Source of the DNA: Octopus vulgaris
Lineage: Eukaryota
Direction of reading: 5' to 3'
DNA: 64,000 nt
NCBI GenBank assembly: GCA_951406725.2
Contig: OX597822.1
Coordinates: 60,140,001 to 60,204,000 of the forward strand
Position 1 is the first letter of the stretch; the number at the start of each line of letters is the position of its first letter. The translations under genes and the position numbers were made by a program. Below the pieces are notes generated by a model. It had not been told where the DNA came from and did not search any database. It was given only the letters and a program-made list of their open reading frames with translations. Of the stretch, positions 38,055 to 51,272 are shown one piece after another.

Positions 38055-38480
38055 CAGGGTGCAATGGGTAAATTGTCACCATTTTATATTTTTAATTAAT
38101 TTTGCGCATGCACATTGTTTGTTTTTGATTTTGTTAACTACACAGTATAGTAGGGTCAGTTGGGCACCATCTGTGAGAAAACCAGCACACTGATGCAATT
38201 CAATCTGCCAGAAATTTGGAAATGACATGCTGTACTGCTTGACATTCATGCCAGAAGCTCCAATTTGAATGTTTCAGAGTGTTTGGGTGTCAATCTGAGG
38301 AAATGTACAGAAAGTGATAAAAATCAAACATCCAGTCAACATCATGGTGTTTGGAATGATCACTTGTGATGGCGATGTTATACCTCCGTTCATCTTTCCA
38401 CACAGCCTCAGACTCAACACTGAGGCCTGCATCACCCCTAACATATAACGCCCCAGACTGCAACCCCCTTGATTATAATG
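38055..38480 (+). mobile_element. Internally deleted Tc1/mariner element
   Basis: TA-CAGGGTG terminus; KHPVNIMVFGMITCDG..., PDCNPLDY. Confidence 0.75.
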
Positions 38481-38484
38481 CATG

Positions 38485-40903
38485 GAGCTTTTTATGTGCC
38501 ACCGGCACAGGAGCCAGGCAAGGCTGGCAACGGCAACAATCGGATGGTTCTTTTTACGTGCCAGTGGCACGGAGACCTGTCGGGGTGGCGCTGGCAACGG
38601 CCATGTTCAGATGGTTCGCTTACGTGCCACCGGTACTGGTATCACAGCTACAATTTCCATTGATGTTGATCGATTTCTATTTTGATTCTGATTCTCACTT
38701 GCCTCAACAGGTCTTCACAAGTAGAGTTTTGTGTCCCAAGAAGGAAAGGTATGCATAAGTGGAGTGGCTACATCCCAGGTAGAGGCCACGGGTTATGGTC
38801 TCACTTGTCCTGCCGGGTCTTCTCACGCACAGCATACTTCCATAGTTCTTGGTCTCTAGTCATTTCCTCGGTGAGACCTAAAGTTCGAAGGTCGTGCTTC
38901 ACTAACTCGTCCCAGGTTTTCCTGGGTCTGCCTCTTCCACAGGTTCCCTCAACCACTAGGGTGTCGCACTTTTTCGCACGACTATCTTCAGTAATTCTCG
39001 TCACATGACCATACCAGTGCAAACATCTCTCTTGCACACCACAACTGATGCTTCTTAGGTCCAACTTTTCTCTCAATGTACTTACACTCTGTCAAGTATG
39101 AACACTAACATCCATCGGAGCATACTGGCTTCATTTCTTGCGAGCTTACGGCCCATGTTTCACTACCATGTAGCATGGCTGTCCGTACACATGCATCATA
39201 CAGTCTGCCTTTTACTCTGAGCGAGAGGCCTTTTGTCACCAACAGGGGTAAGAGCTCTCTGAACTTTGCCCAGGCTATTCTTACTCTAGCAGTTACACTT
39301 TCAGCACACCCACCCCCGCTACTGACTTGGTCACCTAGGTAACGGAAGCTATCAACTATTTCTAGTTTTTCTCCCTGGAATGTGGTGGAAGTTGGTCTCT
39401 GTGCATTTTCAGTGTTTATTGCTCCTGAGCATGTGCCACATACAAAAACTATTTTCCTAGTTAGCCTTCCTTTGACATTGCTACACCTCTTATGTGTCCA
39501 TAGCTTACACTTGGTGCATCTTATAGAGTTTCTACCTACACCTTTTCTACAGATCGAGCAGGGCCACCTACCTGAAGGCGTTTGTGATTTGTCTACCTTC
39601 CTACTTATTAGGACTTTGGTTTTAGCTAGGTTGACTCTAAGGCCCTTTGATTCTAATCCTTGCTTCCACACCTGAAACTTCTCCTCTAGTTCTGATAGTG
39701 ACTCAGCAATTAGAGCAAGGTCATCAGCATAGAGGAGCTCCCAGGGACATCCTGTCTTGAATTCCTCTGTTATTGCCTGTTGGACTATGATAAATAGGAG
39801 AGGGCTGAAGACTGAACCTTGGTGAACCCCAACCTCTACCCGGAATTCTCCACTATATTCGTTGCCAACCCTCACCTTACTAGTAGCGTCCCTGTACATG
39901 GCTCGCACAGCTCTCACTAACCATTCATCTATCCCTAGTTTCCTCATTGACCACCAGATAAGGGATCGGGGGACCCTGTCGAAGGCTTTCTCCATGTCAA
40001 CAAAAGCCAGGTACAGGGGCTTATCTTTGGCTAGGTATTTCTCCTGCAGCTGTCTTACCAGGAATATAGCATCAGTAGTACTTTTCCCTGGCACGAACCC
40101 AAACTGCATCTCATCTAAACTAACTTTCTCTCTAATTAGTTGGGCTATGACCCTCTCCGTAACCTTCATTACCTGAACCAACAGCTTGATACCCCTGTAG
40201 TTATTTGTATCTAGGGCGTCACCTTTACCTTTGTAGCAGTTGACTATTATGCTGCTACACCAGTCATTGGGAATGACTCCTTCGTGTACCACCTGGTTAA
40301 CTATACGGGTGACTAGGCTATAGCTGACACTGCCAGATATTTTGGGCATCTCTGCAGTAATTCCTGATGGGCCTGGGGCTTTCCCTGTCTTCATGCTTCT
40401 AATTGCCTTAACTACCGAGGAACTGTAAACTCGGATAGCTGGTCCCTCTGTTGGGTCAACATTCGGCAGACTCTCTTTATCCCATTCATTTTCTTTATTC
40501 AGCAACCTTTCATAGTGACGTCTCCAAACCTTTCTCTTTGCATCCATCATCCATGCGAACACATTTCTCTCCTACCACATCACGATTCTCTCTCACACAG
40601 TCTTGCAACACGAAATACCTCAAGTTTTTCATCCTCACGGCGTAGAACATTGGCAAATTTTTTCTTATCTGCTTCCCCTCTGGCTAAATACACCTGCCTC
40701 CTAGCTTCCCTTCTGGCAGTCTGATACACTTCCCTGCTACCACCACTCTTCCAGTCCTTCCAAGCCTGTTTCTTTTGACTAATAGCCCTGTCAACAATAT
40801 TGTTCCACCACCACGTTATTTTGAGTCTTGAGGGGACTTTGCACCAACCACAGATCTGGTCAGTGGCTCTCAGCAGGTTGTCCCTTAGAGACCTCCAGTT
40901 GTC

Positions 40904-40905
<2 letters not shown>
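38485..40905 (-). mobile_element. RTE-type non-LTR retrotransposon (LINE), 5'-truncated and frameshifted; RT domain at 39105-40562
   Basis: RT motifs KAPGPSG, NYRGIKLL, QFGF, FVDMEKAFD, GVHQG, LLYADD, FRYLG; C-terminal RGRPRKTW; 3' UTR hairpin repeats; final part of the tail missing. Confidence 0.95.
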
Positions 40906-40937
<32 letters not shown>

Positions 40938-41287
40938 TCTTTACTTGTTTCAGTTACATATTCTTTGTAAGTACTACAACTACTTAGCAGAGGAGAACTT
41001 CCTACCCTTCCCAAATAAAATAATCAAGCATTGTTGACTTACAGTGAAGTTAGGAATGCTCGGACACAGAATGAATTTGCAGAATGGTTTCATCGCTCTG
41101 GACAAATACTGGACTGGCTTTATTGGAAATACTTCTGTACTTTATTCTGATTCGGTACAACTGAGCCAGAGATCTCTAAATGTTGCCCCTAGTTCTTTGA
41201 ATCCAAATTTTCTTTAGTAAACTTTTCAGCAACAACAACAACAACAAAAACAAAATAGATATTGTATAATTGTATATCTCTATTTTT

Positions 41288-41676
41288 GCTCTTTACTCTT
41301 TTACTTGTTTCAGTCATTTGACTGTAGCCATGCTGGAACACCACCTTTAGTCGAGCAAATCGACCCCTGGACTTATTCTTTATAAGCTAGTACTTATTCT
41401 ATCGGTCTCTTTTGCTGAACCGCTTAGTTACAGGGACGTAAACACACTAGCATTGGTTGTCAAGCGATGTTTGGGGGACAAACACACACACACACATATA
41501 TATACATATACATCACGGGCTTCTTTCAGTTTCCATCTACCAAATGCACTCACAAGGCTTTGGTCAGCCCAATGCTATAGTAGAAGACACTTGCCCAAGG
41601 TGCCATGCAGTTGGACTGAACCTGGAACCATGTGGCTGGTAAGCAAGCTACTTACCACAAAGCCACTCCTACACCT
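41288..41676 (-). mobile_element. SINE family A directly abutting the 3' end of the U6 pseudogene
   Basis: Full-length copy; head begins immediately after the U6 T-tract. Confidence 0.85.
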
Positions 41677-41779
41677 AAAAAAAATATGGAACACTTCACG
41701 GATTTGCGTGTCATCCTTGCACAGAGGCCATGCTAATCTCTGTTTTGTTCCAATTTTAGAATATGTACTGCCATAGCTA

Positions 41780-41783
<4 letters not shown>
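41677..41783 (-). pseudogene. U6: Full-length U6 snRNA pseudogene
   Basis: Reverse strand reads ...GGCAGTACATATTCTAAAATTGGAACAAAACAGAGATTAGCATGGCCTCTGTGCAAGGATGACACGCAAATCCGTGAAGTGTTCCATATTTTTTTT; 3-nt deletion after ACAGAG and several substitutions; upstream is (TA)n with no PSE seen. Confidence 0.93.
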
Positions 41784-41842
<59 letters not shown>

Positions 41843-42121
41843 GTATTAATATATATATATATTAATAAGGAGTAAATATTTAAATGCGAACATTTATATA
41901 GATATTATTATTATTATTATTATTATTGTCTGCCAGAACTCGAAATCATGATTCAAGTGTATCCAAATGGCAGATGGTATGGCATTTAGCTATGATAGTG
42001 TCTAAATTCTTTACCCGTTTGCCCGACTACTGTTGTTTTCTGTTGTATTTTTCAGTTATTGGGAGTTTACCTGGGGGTTTTAACTCCACCTTCTAGCAGG
42101 TTGGCACCTTGTGTGTCTTTA

Positions 42122-42170
<49 letters not shown>

Positions 42171-42575
42171 TGTATATACATATATATATATAACATCTAA
42201 TATAGGATAAAATATTTTTTGAAAAAAGTTTTATCAATGGCCAGCATATTAAAAAAATACCTCTAAAGGTTAAATTTATAAACAACTTATAAATAAGGGT
42301 AAAAGAAAAAATTTCTAATGCCAAATATGCCGAAATAGACTTAATCATCAATAACCATATAATTTATCACTATAAGCACGTATTTCAAAGAATTTAATAG
42401 TGTTCACTTCCGGACTCTCTCACTCTGTGAAAGTTTCTAGTTTGAATTACACGTGTCTCGAGATGTGCTGAAGATTTTCTATTTTGGATATATTTAACGT
42501 ACTTAGGTCCGCTCAGGACTTAGTGCTTGCTTTTTCCATGGGTATGAGTAAGTCTTTCATTTATGTCTTACGTAT

Positions 42576-42636
42576 TTATCGCTGAGGAAGGGAAAATTCT
42601 TATGAATTAACTCTGAAATTGGGACCAATACGGTAA
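42576..42636 (+). ncRNA. Type-I hammerhead ribozyme motif
   Basis: TTATCG-CTGAGGA-AGGG..CTCT-GAAA-TTGGGACCAA-TA/CGGTAA. Confidence 0.7.
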
Positions 42637-42849
42637 TGACGGAATTTAAAAAAAATTTCTATCCACTTGTTTTGAGATGCATAGATTATAATGGTTATCG
42701 ACAATTTGTCTTTTTCGGCATATTTGGCATTAGAATTTTTCTTTTGACCTTATTTTATAAGTTATTTATAAATTTAACCTTTGAAGGTATTTTTTAATAT
42801 GCTGGCCATTGATAAAATTTTTTTTTCAAAAGAATTTTTCCTACATTAG

Positions 42850-42852
<3 letters not shown>

Positions 42853-42933
<81 letters not shown>

Positions 42934-42981
42934 ACTGTGTGTCCTCACGTTGTTTTTTCTTACTTGTTCTTGTTTGGATTG

Positions 42982-43045
<64 letters not shown>

Positions 43046-43057
43046 CATATATATATG

Positions 43058-43133
<76 letters not shown>

Positions 43134-43138
43134 AACAC

Positions 43139-43211
<73 letters not shown>

Positions 43212-43238
43212 CACACACAGGCACAGACACACACACAA
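42853..43238. repeat. (TA)n/(CA)n compound microsatellite
   Basis: Direct observation; many similar (TA)n, (TATG)n and (CA)n tracts elsewhere, e.g. 31119-31260, 36260-36418, 37800-38053, 49555-49697. Confidence 0.95.
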
Positions 43239-43689
43239 CTTTTAAGTGTCTTCTTTAACTGCTAGAAATTATGTTTTTCCTCTTTGAAAGAATGCTTCTC
43301 TCTCTCTTTCTCTCTGTCCCTCTCACCCCTCTCTTTCTCCCCTTCTGATACTTCATATATGTCTCTTTCTGTCCTTCTTAATCTTTTTTTTTTCAGTAAG
43401 TAATCAATACCGATAGGTTATTTGTGGGATCACTGTTAGTAACTATAGTAACACCATTAAATCAGATATACTAGTTATTATTTATTAATGCACCACAAAT
43501 TAAACAACAGGAGTAGGATCATAGAACTTTTATTGAATTTCAATAGAAACACAACACAACCACCACACCCCCCCACACACACATACAAAACATACACACA
43601 TTCTATTAGCACTAATATACCTTCTTGATAAGGGTTTTTATTTGTGGTTCATCGATTTGTTAATTATTAAATCTGACCCATGAAAGCAT

Positions 43690-44470
43690 GATATCACTGA
43701 TGGTGTGGTTTCTGGTTGTGGTTGTGGTGATGTTGATAATAGTGGCAGTGGTGGTGGTGGTTGTGGTCATGGTGATGGTGGAGGTGGTGACAACAGTGAT
43801 GGTGGGAAGGGTGGCGTTGGTGGTGGTTGAGCTTGTGCTTGAGGTGATGGTAAAGGTGGTGGTGGTTGTGATGGTGGTGGATGTGGTTGTGGTGATTGTG
43901 GTTGTGGTTGTGGTTGTGGTGATGGTGGAAGTGGTGGCGTTGGTGGTGGTTGTGCTTGTGTTTGTGGTGATGGTAATGGTGGTGGTGGTTGTGATGGTGG
44001 TGGATATGGTTGTGGTGATTGTGGTTGTGGTTATGGTGGTGGTGGTGGTCACAGTGATGGTGGAGGTGGTAACAATAGTGATGGTGGGAGCGGTGGCATT
44101 GGTGGTGGTTGAGCTTGTGCTTATGGTGATGGTAATGGTGATGGTTGTGATGGTGATGTGGTGGTGCATATGGTTGGGGGGATTGTGGTTTCAGTGGTGA
44201 TAAGGCTGGTTGTCTTGCTGCTGGATGTGGCAGTGGTGGCAGAAGTGATGCAAAAATCGTGGTGGTGGTAGTGGTAGTGGTGGTGGTGGTCGTCGTCGTC
44301 GTGGCGGCGGCGGTGGTGGTGGTTATGGTGACAGCAACTTTGATATCAACAGAAATGGTGGGGTGGTCTTTGTTGTGGTGATGACAGTTGTAGCAGTGAT
44401 GCCACAGTAGCACTGGCGATGGCAGTGGGGTGGGGGGGAAGGGGGCAATGACATAAATGGTGGTGATGAG
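43690..44470. repeat. GGT/GAT-rich trinucleotide low-complexity array with higher-order units
   Basis: gtgatggtggaggtggt..ggtggcgttggtggtggtt..gcttgtg unit recurs at about 43772, 43920 and 44054. Confidence 0.85.
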
Positions 44471-44574
44471 GTGCGGTGGGGTTGTTCCACTCTTGTTGAA
44501 GGTGGAAATTGTTTGCATCATTAACAATTATAACTTAACGAAAACACCAGTCATTAACATCAATTAATATACAG

Positions 44575-45200
44575 TAGTGGCTGTGTGGTAAGTAGCTTGC
44601 TTACCAACCATATGGTTCCGGGTTCAATCCCACTGTGTGGCACCTGGGGCAAATGTCTTCAACTATAGCCTCGGGCCGACCAAAGCCTTGTGAGTGGATT
44701 TGGTAGACGGAAACTGAAAGAAGCTCGTCATATATATACATATATATACATATATATGTGACCGTGTGTGTATCGTTGGAGATTTTCTTTCTCCGTCTTC
44801 CCTTCTTGGGACTTTTCCCTTTTTCTCTATTTCTGATGAAGAGCTCCGCTCAAAACGTTAAATCCTCCTTCTTTCTTTCCTTTCCTGAGCGTCCAATAAC
44901 ACTATACTTATTCCACTTCCTCGCGTTGTTGTGTTTTCTCTTTGTTCATGTTTGGATTAACTATGTATGTGTGTGTGTGTGTCTGTGTGTTTGTGTCCCC
45001 CCCCACCACCACCATCGCTTGACAACCGATGTTGGCATGTTCACGTCCCCGTAACTTAGCGGTTCGGCAACAAGGAACCGATAGAATAAGTAGTAGGCTT
45101 ACAAAGAATAAGTACTGGGGTCGATTTGTTCGACTAAAGGTGGTGCTCCAGCATGGCTGCAGTCAAATGACTGAAACAAATAAAAGAATAAAAGACTAAA
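44575..45200 (+). mobile_element. SINE family A with a hammerhead-bearing insert (44757-44962) in its internal microsatellite
   Basis: SINE halves separated by an element homologous to 13216-13410. Confidence 0.8.
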
Positions 45201-45474
45201 AGAATACAACAAAAATACATGAATGTGATGGAAAGCAATGTTTATGATGATATTGCAATTGTCATTTAACCCGATACCAACCCGGTCAAGGAGGCTTCTC
45301 ATCCAAAGCATTCTAGCTGTGATCATTCTGTCTTCTAGCTAGTCATTGTGTGTCCAAGGTTAATATTATTATCCAAGGTGTCCATCACTTTTTAAGTCTG
45401 TAGGTTGTGATTTTAGAGAAATTTGGCTGACATTTCAAGCATGTCAAACTACCACGTGACAACATATCTGTAAA

Positions 45475-45794
45475 TGATGATGGTCGTGATGATAATGGTA
45501 ATACGAAAGCAATGTTACTGCTGCTGCTGTTGCTGTTAATAATGATGATGTTAATTATGATGATGTTGATGATGATGATGATGATGATGATGACAGTGTT
45601 GATGATAGTGATGATGACGGTGATGACAGTGTTGATGATGGTGATGATGACGGTGATGAAGGTTATGATGGTGTTGGTAATAATGATGATGGCAGTGGCA
45701 GCATGGTGGTGGTGGTGGTGGTGGTGGTAGCGGCGGTGGCGGTGGCACTGGTGGTGGTGGTGGTGGTGGTGGTGATGATGATGATGATGACGAC

Positions 45795-45826
<32 letters not shown>

Positions 45827-45850
45827 GGAGGAGGAGGAGGAGGAGGAGTG
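45475..45850. repeat. Compound trinucleotide microsatellite (GAT/GGT/GAG)
   Basis: Direct observation. Confidence 0.9.
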
Positions 45851-46194
45851 ATTTTAGCAGTAGTGTTGATGGTGATAACTATAATGATAACATATAATGT
45901 TTTCGGGGTCGATAAATAGTAATGTTTTCGGGTTGATAAATTAAGTACCAGTTATGCACTGTGGTCGATGTAATCTACTTAATCCCTTTGTCTGTCCTTG
46001 TTTGTCCCCTCTATCTTTAGTCCCTTGTGGGCAATAATGAAATAAGTAATGTTAAGCCAGTTCTGATCAAAGAGATAAGCAGATGATCAAAATTATTCCA
46101 ACCATGACCATTCATGTTTTATTCATACATAGAATGAGTTCACTCTTTTAAGACAGTGTGTGTGTGTGTGTGTTTCTATATAAATTTTGGCTGC

Positions 46195-46668
46195 TATCAC
46201 AAAACTCTTCTTGTGAAGACCTGTTGAGGCAAGTGAGGATCAGAATCGAAATCGATCAATGGAAATTGCAGATGTGTTACCAGTGCCGGTGGCATGTAAG
46301 AGAACCATCCGTTCGCGACCGTTGCCAGTGCCGCCCCGACTGACCTCGTGCCGGTGGCACGTAAAAAGCGCCATCCGTTTGTGTCCGTTGCCAGCCTCGC
46401 CTGGCCCCCGTGCCGGTGGCACATAAAAAGCACCATCCGTTCGTGGCCGCTTGCCAGCTCTGTCTGGCACCTGTGCGGGTGGCACGTAAAAAGCACCCAC
46501 TACACCCACGGAGTGGTTGGCGTTAGGAAGGGCATCCAGCCGTAGAAACACTGCCAGATCTGACTGGGCCTGATGAAGCCTTCTGGCTTCACAGACCCCA
46601 GTTGAACCGTCCAACCCATGCTAGCATGGAAAACGGATGCTAAACGATGATGATGATGATGATGATGA
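46195..46668 (+). mobile_element. RTE LINE 3' UTR/tail, CpG-intact (young) copy
   Basis: Colinear with the reverse complement of 38485-38730; (GAT)n tail. Confidence 0.85.
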
Positions 46669-46894
46669 TCCTTGCAAAATAAGGCTTTCTCATTGGTTTA
46701 AGTGGAAGTGTGTCGAGAATAGGCAGGAGTTTTGTGGAGATTGCTTGGCAAATCACCAATGATATTTGTACTACAATGAGAAAATGGTCAAGATCCTGGT
46801 CTTTGAAAAATCCAAAGAATATATATTGTTTCGCCCCATATCATGCCAGATCAAGTAAACTATGATCAGAGCGTTTCAAATATACATCCTATCT

Positions 46895-47158
46895 TTTATT
46901 CTTTTATTCTTTCTTTTACACATTTTGGCCTTTTGATTGTGGCCATGCTGGAGCGCCACCTTAAAGGGTTTTAGTTAAAGAAATCAATCCCAAGACATAT
47001 TCTTTGTAAGCCTAGTGATTATTCTGTCGGTCACTTTTGCTGAACAACTAAGTTACAGGGACATAAACACACCAACATCGGTTGTCAAGTAATAGTGGTG
47101 GTGGTGGTTGTGGGGGAGGGGACAAGCACAGACACAAAGACACACATGCATAAATATA

Positions 47159-47231
<73 letters not shown>

Positions 47232-47520
47232 CATAGATATCATCATCATCACTGACAAGCGGACATTAAACGATGATGATGATGATGTATATATTTGTAT
47301 GTATGTATATTTATGTGTGTGTGTCTTTGTGTCAGTATATATTATACATATACATATGACAGGCTCCCTTCAGTTTCTGTTTACTGAATCCACTTACAAG
47401 ACTTTGATTGACCCGAGGCTATAGCAGAAGACACTTGCCCAAGATGCCACACAATGGGGCTGAACCCAGAACCATGTGGTTGTGAAGCATGCTTCTTACA
47501 CACAGCCATCCCTGCACCTA
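46895..47520 (-). mobile_element. SINE family A with expanded internal microsatellites
   Basis: Head at about 47520, tail at about 46900. Confidence 0.75.
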
Positions 47521-48201
47521 TTTTATTCATAAATAATGCATCAAGGACTACATTATCCATTTTGATTGCTCTTTTGAGTGAATAAAGTGAGTATATAAAA
47601 GCTTCTTTATGTTACTGTTTTCCATTTCCAGCATTATTAGGCAACCCTCCGATGGATACCTCTTGGACAAATGCATGGCAGAGCCAAGGTTCACAGAAAA
47701 TGAATCACTGGTAGGGTTTTACATCTGGGAACAACTGCAATCCATTGCCAAAGATTGAGACAGATGGAGGTCTCTTGCTGGCGCCCTATGCTCCAAATGG
47801 AGTCAAAGAAATTAACAATAAAGTCTCCTTTCCTAATTGGTTCACAACCATAGAATTTTCCCTCATTGCTAGCTCAATTTGTCTGATATATTATACTTTA
47901 AACCTTTTACATTCCAATTCACCCCTCAAACACCATATCATCAGTAGTTAATAAGTTAGTTATATATTGATAACATAAACATCCGTTTCTATAGATTCAG
48001 TTGTTAGCTGTAAGCATGTAACTTTTTTTAATGTATTTACTTCTGTTTGAGTTGTTGGACAAGGACATATATTGATTAATGAAAGTATTACTAAAGAAGC
48101 ATTAATGCATTAGTATATACATCTATATGTCTATATATATCATCATCATCATCGTCATCATCATCATCATCATCATCATCATTTAACGCCTGTTTTCCAT
48201 G

Positions 48202-48287
<86 letters not shown>

Positions 48288-49551
48288 GTGTGTGTATATA
48301 TATATATATATACACATATATATATGCATATATATGTTTATGAATAAATATATAAATACACACATACATATGTATATATACATAGATGTATAGATATATA
48401 TCGAGAGAGATATTCTAATGGAAGCTTCTGGTGCACCCTGAGCAATCTTCTACCATTTCATTTATATTAACATCCTTGTACCTTGAGAGTTGTGGAGGCA
48501 CATGGCCTAATGGCTAGAGCAGTAGACTCACGGTCGAAGGATCGCAGGTTTGAATCTCAGACCAGGCGATGTGCGTGTTTATTAGTGAAACACCTAAACT
48601 CCACACAGCTCTGGTAGAAGGTAATGGTGAACTTCTATTGACTCTTTCACCGCAACTTTCTCTCACTCTTTCCTCCTGTATCTTGCAGCTCACCTGTGAT
48701 GTAACCGATGGAGTGCCAACCACCATTCCTGCCTAAGCAAACCTATGTTTACAGACATCCAGCTGGATCCGGCCTGTTTTTTTTTCATATCAATATTTTT
48801 ATATCAGTGGCTTAGATTGTCTTATACATTTTTAATTCACAAAATAGAACAAGATTACATATGTAGTCTGGTGTGAGTGTGAATGGAAAATATTGTTAAG
48901 ATAAAAGAAAGGAAATCAACATTCATAGCCTAGTAACCTGACAGAACAGAGATATGGCAAATCAATATATCCATCAACATAAATATATCTTGTATTGAGA
49001 TTTGCTGAAACGAGAGCAGACAAAGATCAAACCCACTCGTTCTTGTTCTTCCTGGTAATGCCAAGGGGTAGCATGAGTGAAAGGAGAGAGACAGAGTGAG
49101 AGAGAGAAATACTATATTCCTGTTAGATTAATAGACCTAAAACTTCATCTCGTTACTTGAAGGTGCAGCAGATGTAAACAGAGAACAGACTTAGTATGTT
49201 TCGTTTATGGATTTGGTTTGCAAGATTCTTTATGTGAGTTCGTATGTTGAAGCATTTTCTGTTGTGTCTGGGGAGAGTCGTTTTCTTTTAGTGCCTTATA
49301 ATGTAACACACTCACTGATGTAAGACACAATGAAAATTTTAGGAAAATAAAGATAAGAAATAAGTGGAAAATGACTCTCCCCAGACACAACAGACTTAGT
49401 AGGGTTGTGTAGTTAAGAAGCTTACTTCCCAACCGTGTGGTCTTGCATTCAGTGCCATTCTGTGGCACCTTAGGCAAGTGTTTTCTACTACAGCTCTGGA
49501 TCAACCAAACTCTTGTGAGAGAATTTGGTAGACTAAACAGAAAGAAGTGTG

Positions 49552-49656
<105 letters not shown>

Positions 49657-50329
49657 TGAGTGTGTGTGTGTGCGTGTGTGCGTGTGTGTGTGTGTGTATG
49701 CTCCCTTTTCTTGACAACACTTGATGGCTGCATGTGAGCATCACCGTCACACAAGCGAAGTTGTTTGTTTCAAACAATTTGTTTCTTCTGTGACAAACAT
49801 GCCTGGCCATGGAGAAATATTAATTACCTCACCTGGAAATAGGTAGTGACTGGCAGCAGGAAGGGCATCCAGCCATAGATCATCTGCCTCAACAGAATTC
49901 TGACTCATGCAAGCATAGAAAAATAGGTATTAAACAACAATAGCAAGGATGGCGACAATGACAGTGATGATGATAATGACAATGATGACGGCGATTATTA
50001 TTTGCTTGAAGATACTGATTTCTTCTGGTCCTACTCTGAGCGGCACTGCACAGGTACAAGCGTAGCAGAAGTACAAGCATTGCTGTGTGCTTAAGAAGTT
50101 CATTTTTTTAACCCCGTCGACTCTTCTTTGGTCTTTCTGTGTGGCACTTAGGGTAAGTGTTTTCTGCTACAGTTGTTGGTTAATCAATGTCTTATGAGGG
50201 AATTTGTAAACAAAAACTGTAGAAATCCCATCTTTTATGACTCAGTGTGTATGTGTGTGTGAGTGCAGTGTCTCAGCATGGCCACAGTCTAATGAGTGAA
50301 ATAAGTAAAAGAAGGATATAAAATATATA

Positions 50330-50597
50330 TGTGTAGAAAATGCATGAGATAAAGATGGACTCATGCTGAACCTACAGAGGGACCAGCAGTTCAAGTTGAC
50401 AGCAGTGTGGTAATTACAGGGATTAAGGACATGCAAAATGGAAAAACTGCATGTCCATGAGGAATAGTTGCAGAGATGCTCAAAATGTCTGGTTAGGTAG
50501 GATACATGACTATTATCAGGATGGTTAATCAAGTTATAGAGGAAGGTGTCATACCCAATGACTGGTGTAGCAGCGTCATTGTAAACTGTTACTAAGG
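50330..50597 (+). mobile_element. RTE LINE fragment (pre-RT region)
   Basis: Homologous to the PTEGP..V..AI..M..GK..., EGVIPNDWCSS.IVNCY segment of the main LINE. Confidence 0.75.
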
Positions 50598-51272
50598 CAG
50601 CCAGCCGCCAGATGCTTATTACTGCTCCTTATATTGTCTTATTGGCTGGTTGTAAGTACACATCATTGACAAGGCTCAACAAGGCCTGGGGCATTCTTTC
50701 TGGCTGTTGCCAAAGTTAATTTTCATCACCCAACAAAGTATATTGTATTCTTAACCACAGTGTAGCCATAAGAAAATCTAATTTAGGTGAAAGCCTCAGC
50801 AACTTGCCAATCAACTGTGTATATAGACTTTTAAGTTGTGTTCACTGATATACTCGTATATGTAGGTGAAATATTCATCAGAAATACTTTGCCCCACACA
50901 AAAACTGCAGGAGCTATTCAGAGGTGTTGCAAGCTTTTCTTCTAAATCCAAAATAATATTGGAAACCCTTGTGTATCATCAGTGCTATCTCAGGATTACA
51001 AACATTTTGCTTCTTAGCTTGTATGCTTTGCCTGACTGGGGCAGCAAAGACTGAACTAATCATCGCCTGTGGAAGGGTTCCATTTACAATTTCTTAGACA
51101 CACACACACGTTGTGAGAAAGCTTGAGAAACAACTTGGAATCTGGCTTGCTGGCTGCGAAATACTTGGATTTTAGTATAACATTGTCATTTATAAACAGG
51201 TTAGCATTGATATATGATTCCAAACTAACCATTGCATCTTTTTAACAGCATCTATGACTTCATTATCTAAGG

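Noticed and set aside
41677-41783. Functional U6 gene
   Set aside because: Deletion next to the ACAGAGA box, multiple substitutions, upstream sequence is pure (TA)n
43660-44527. Long Thr-rich, His-rich and Val-rich ORFs (169-277 aa)
   Set aside because: Open in several frames because of GGT/GAT trinucleotide low complexity; no splice context or domain signal
46275-46500. CRISPR-like repeat/spacer appearance of GTGCCGGTGGCAC units
   Set aside because: Eukaryotic context, no cas genes, the 'spacers' are mutually similar, and the array is part of a LINE 3' UTR
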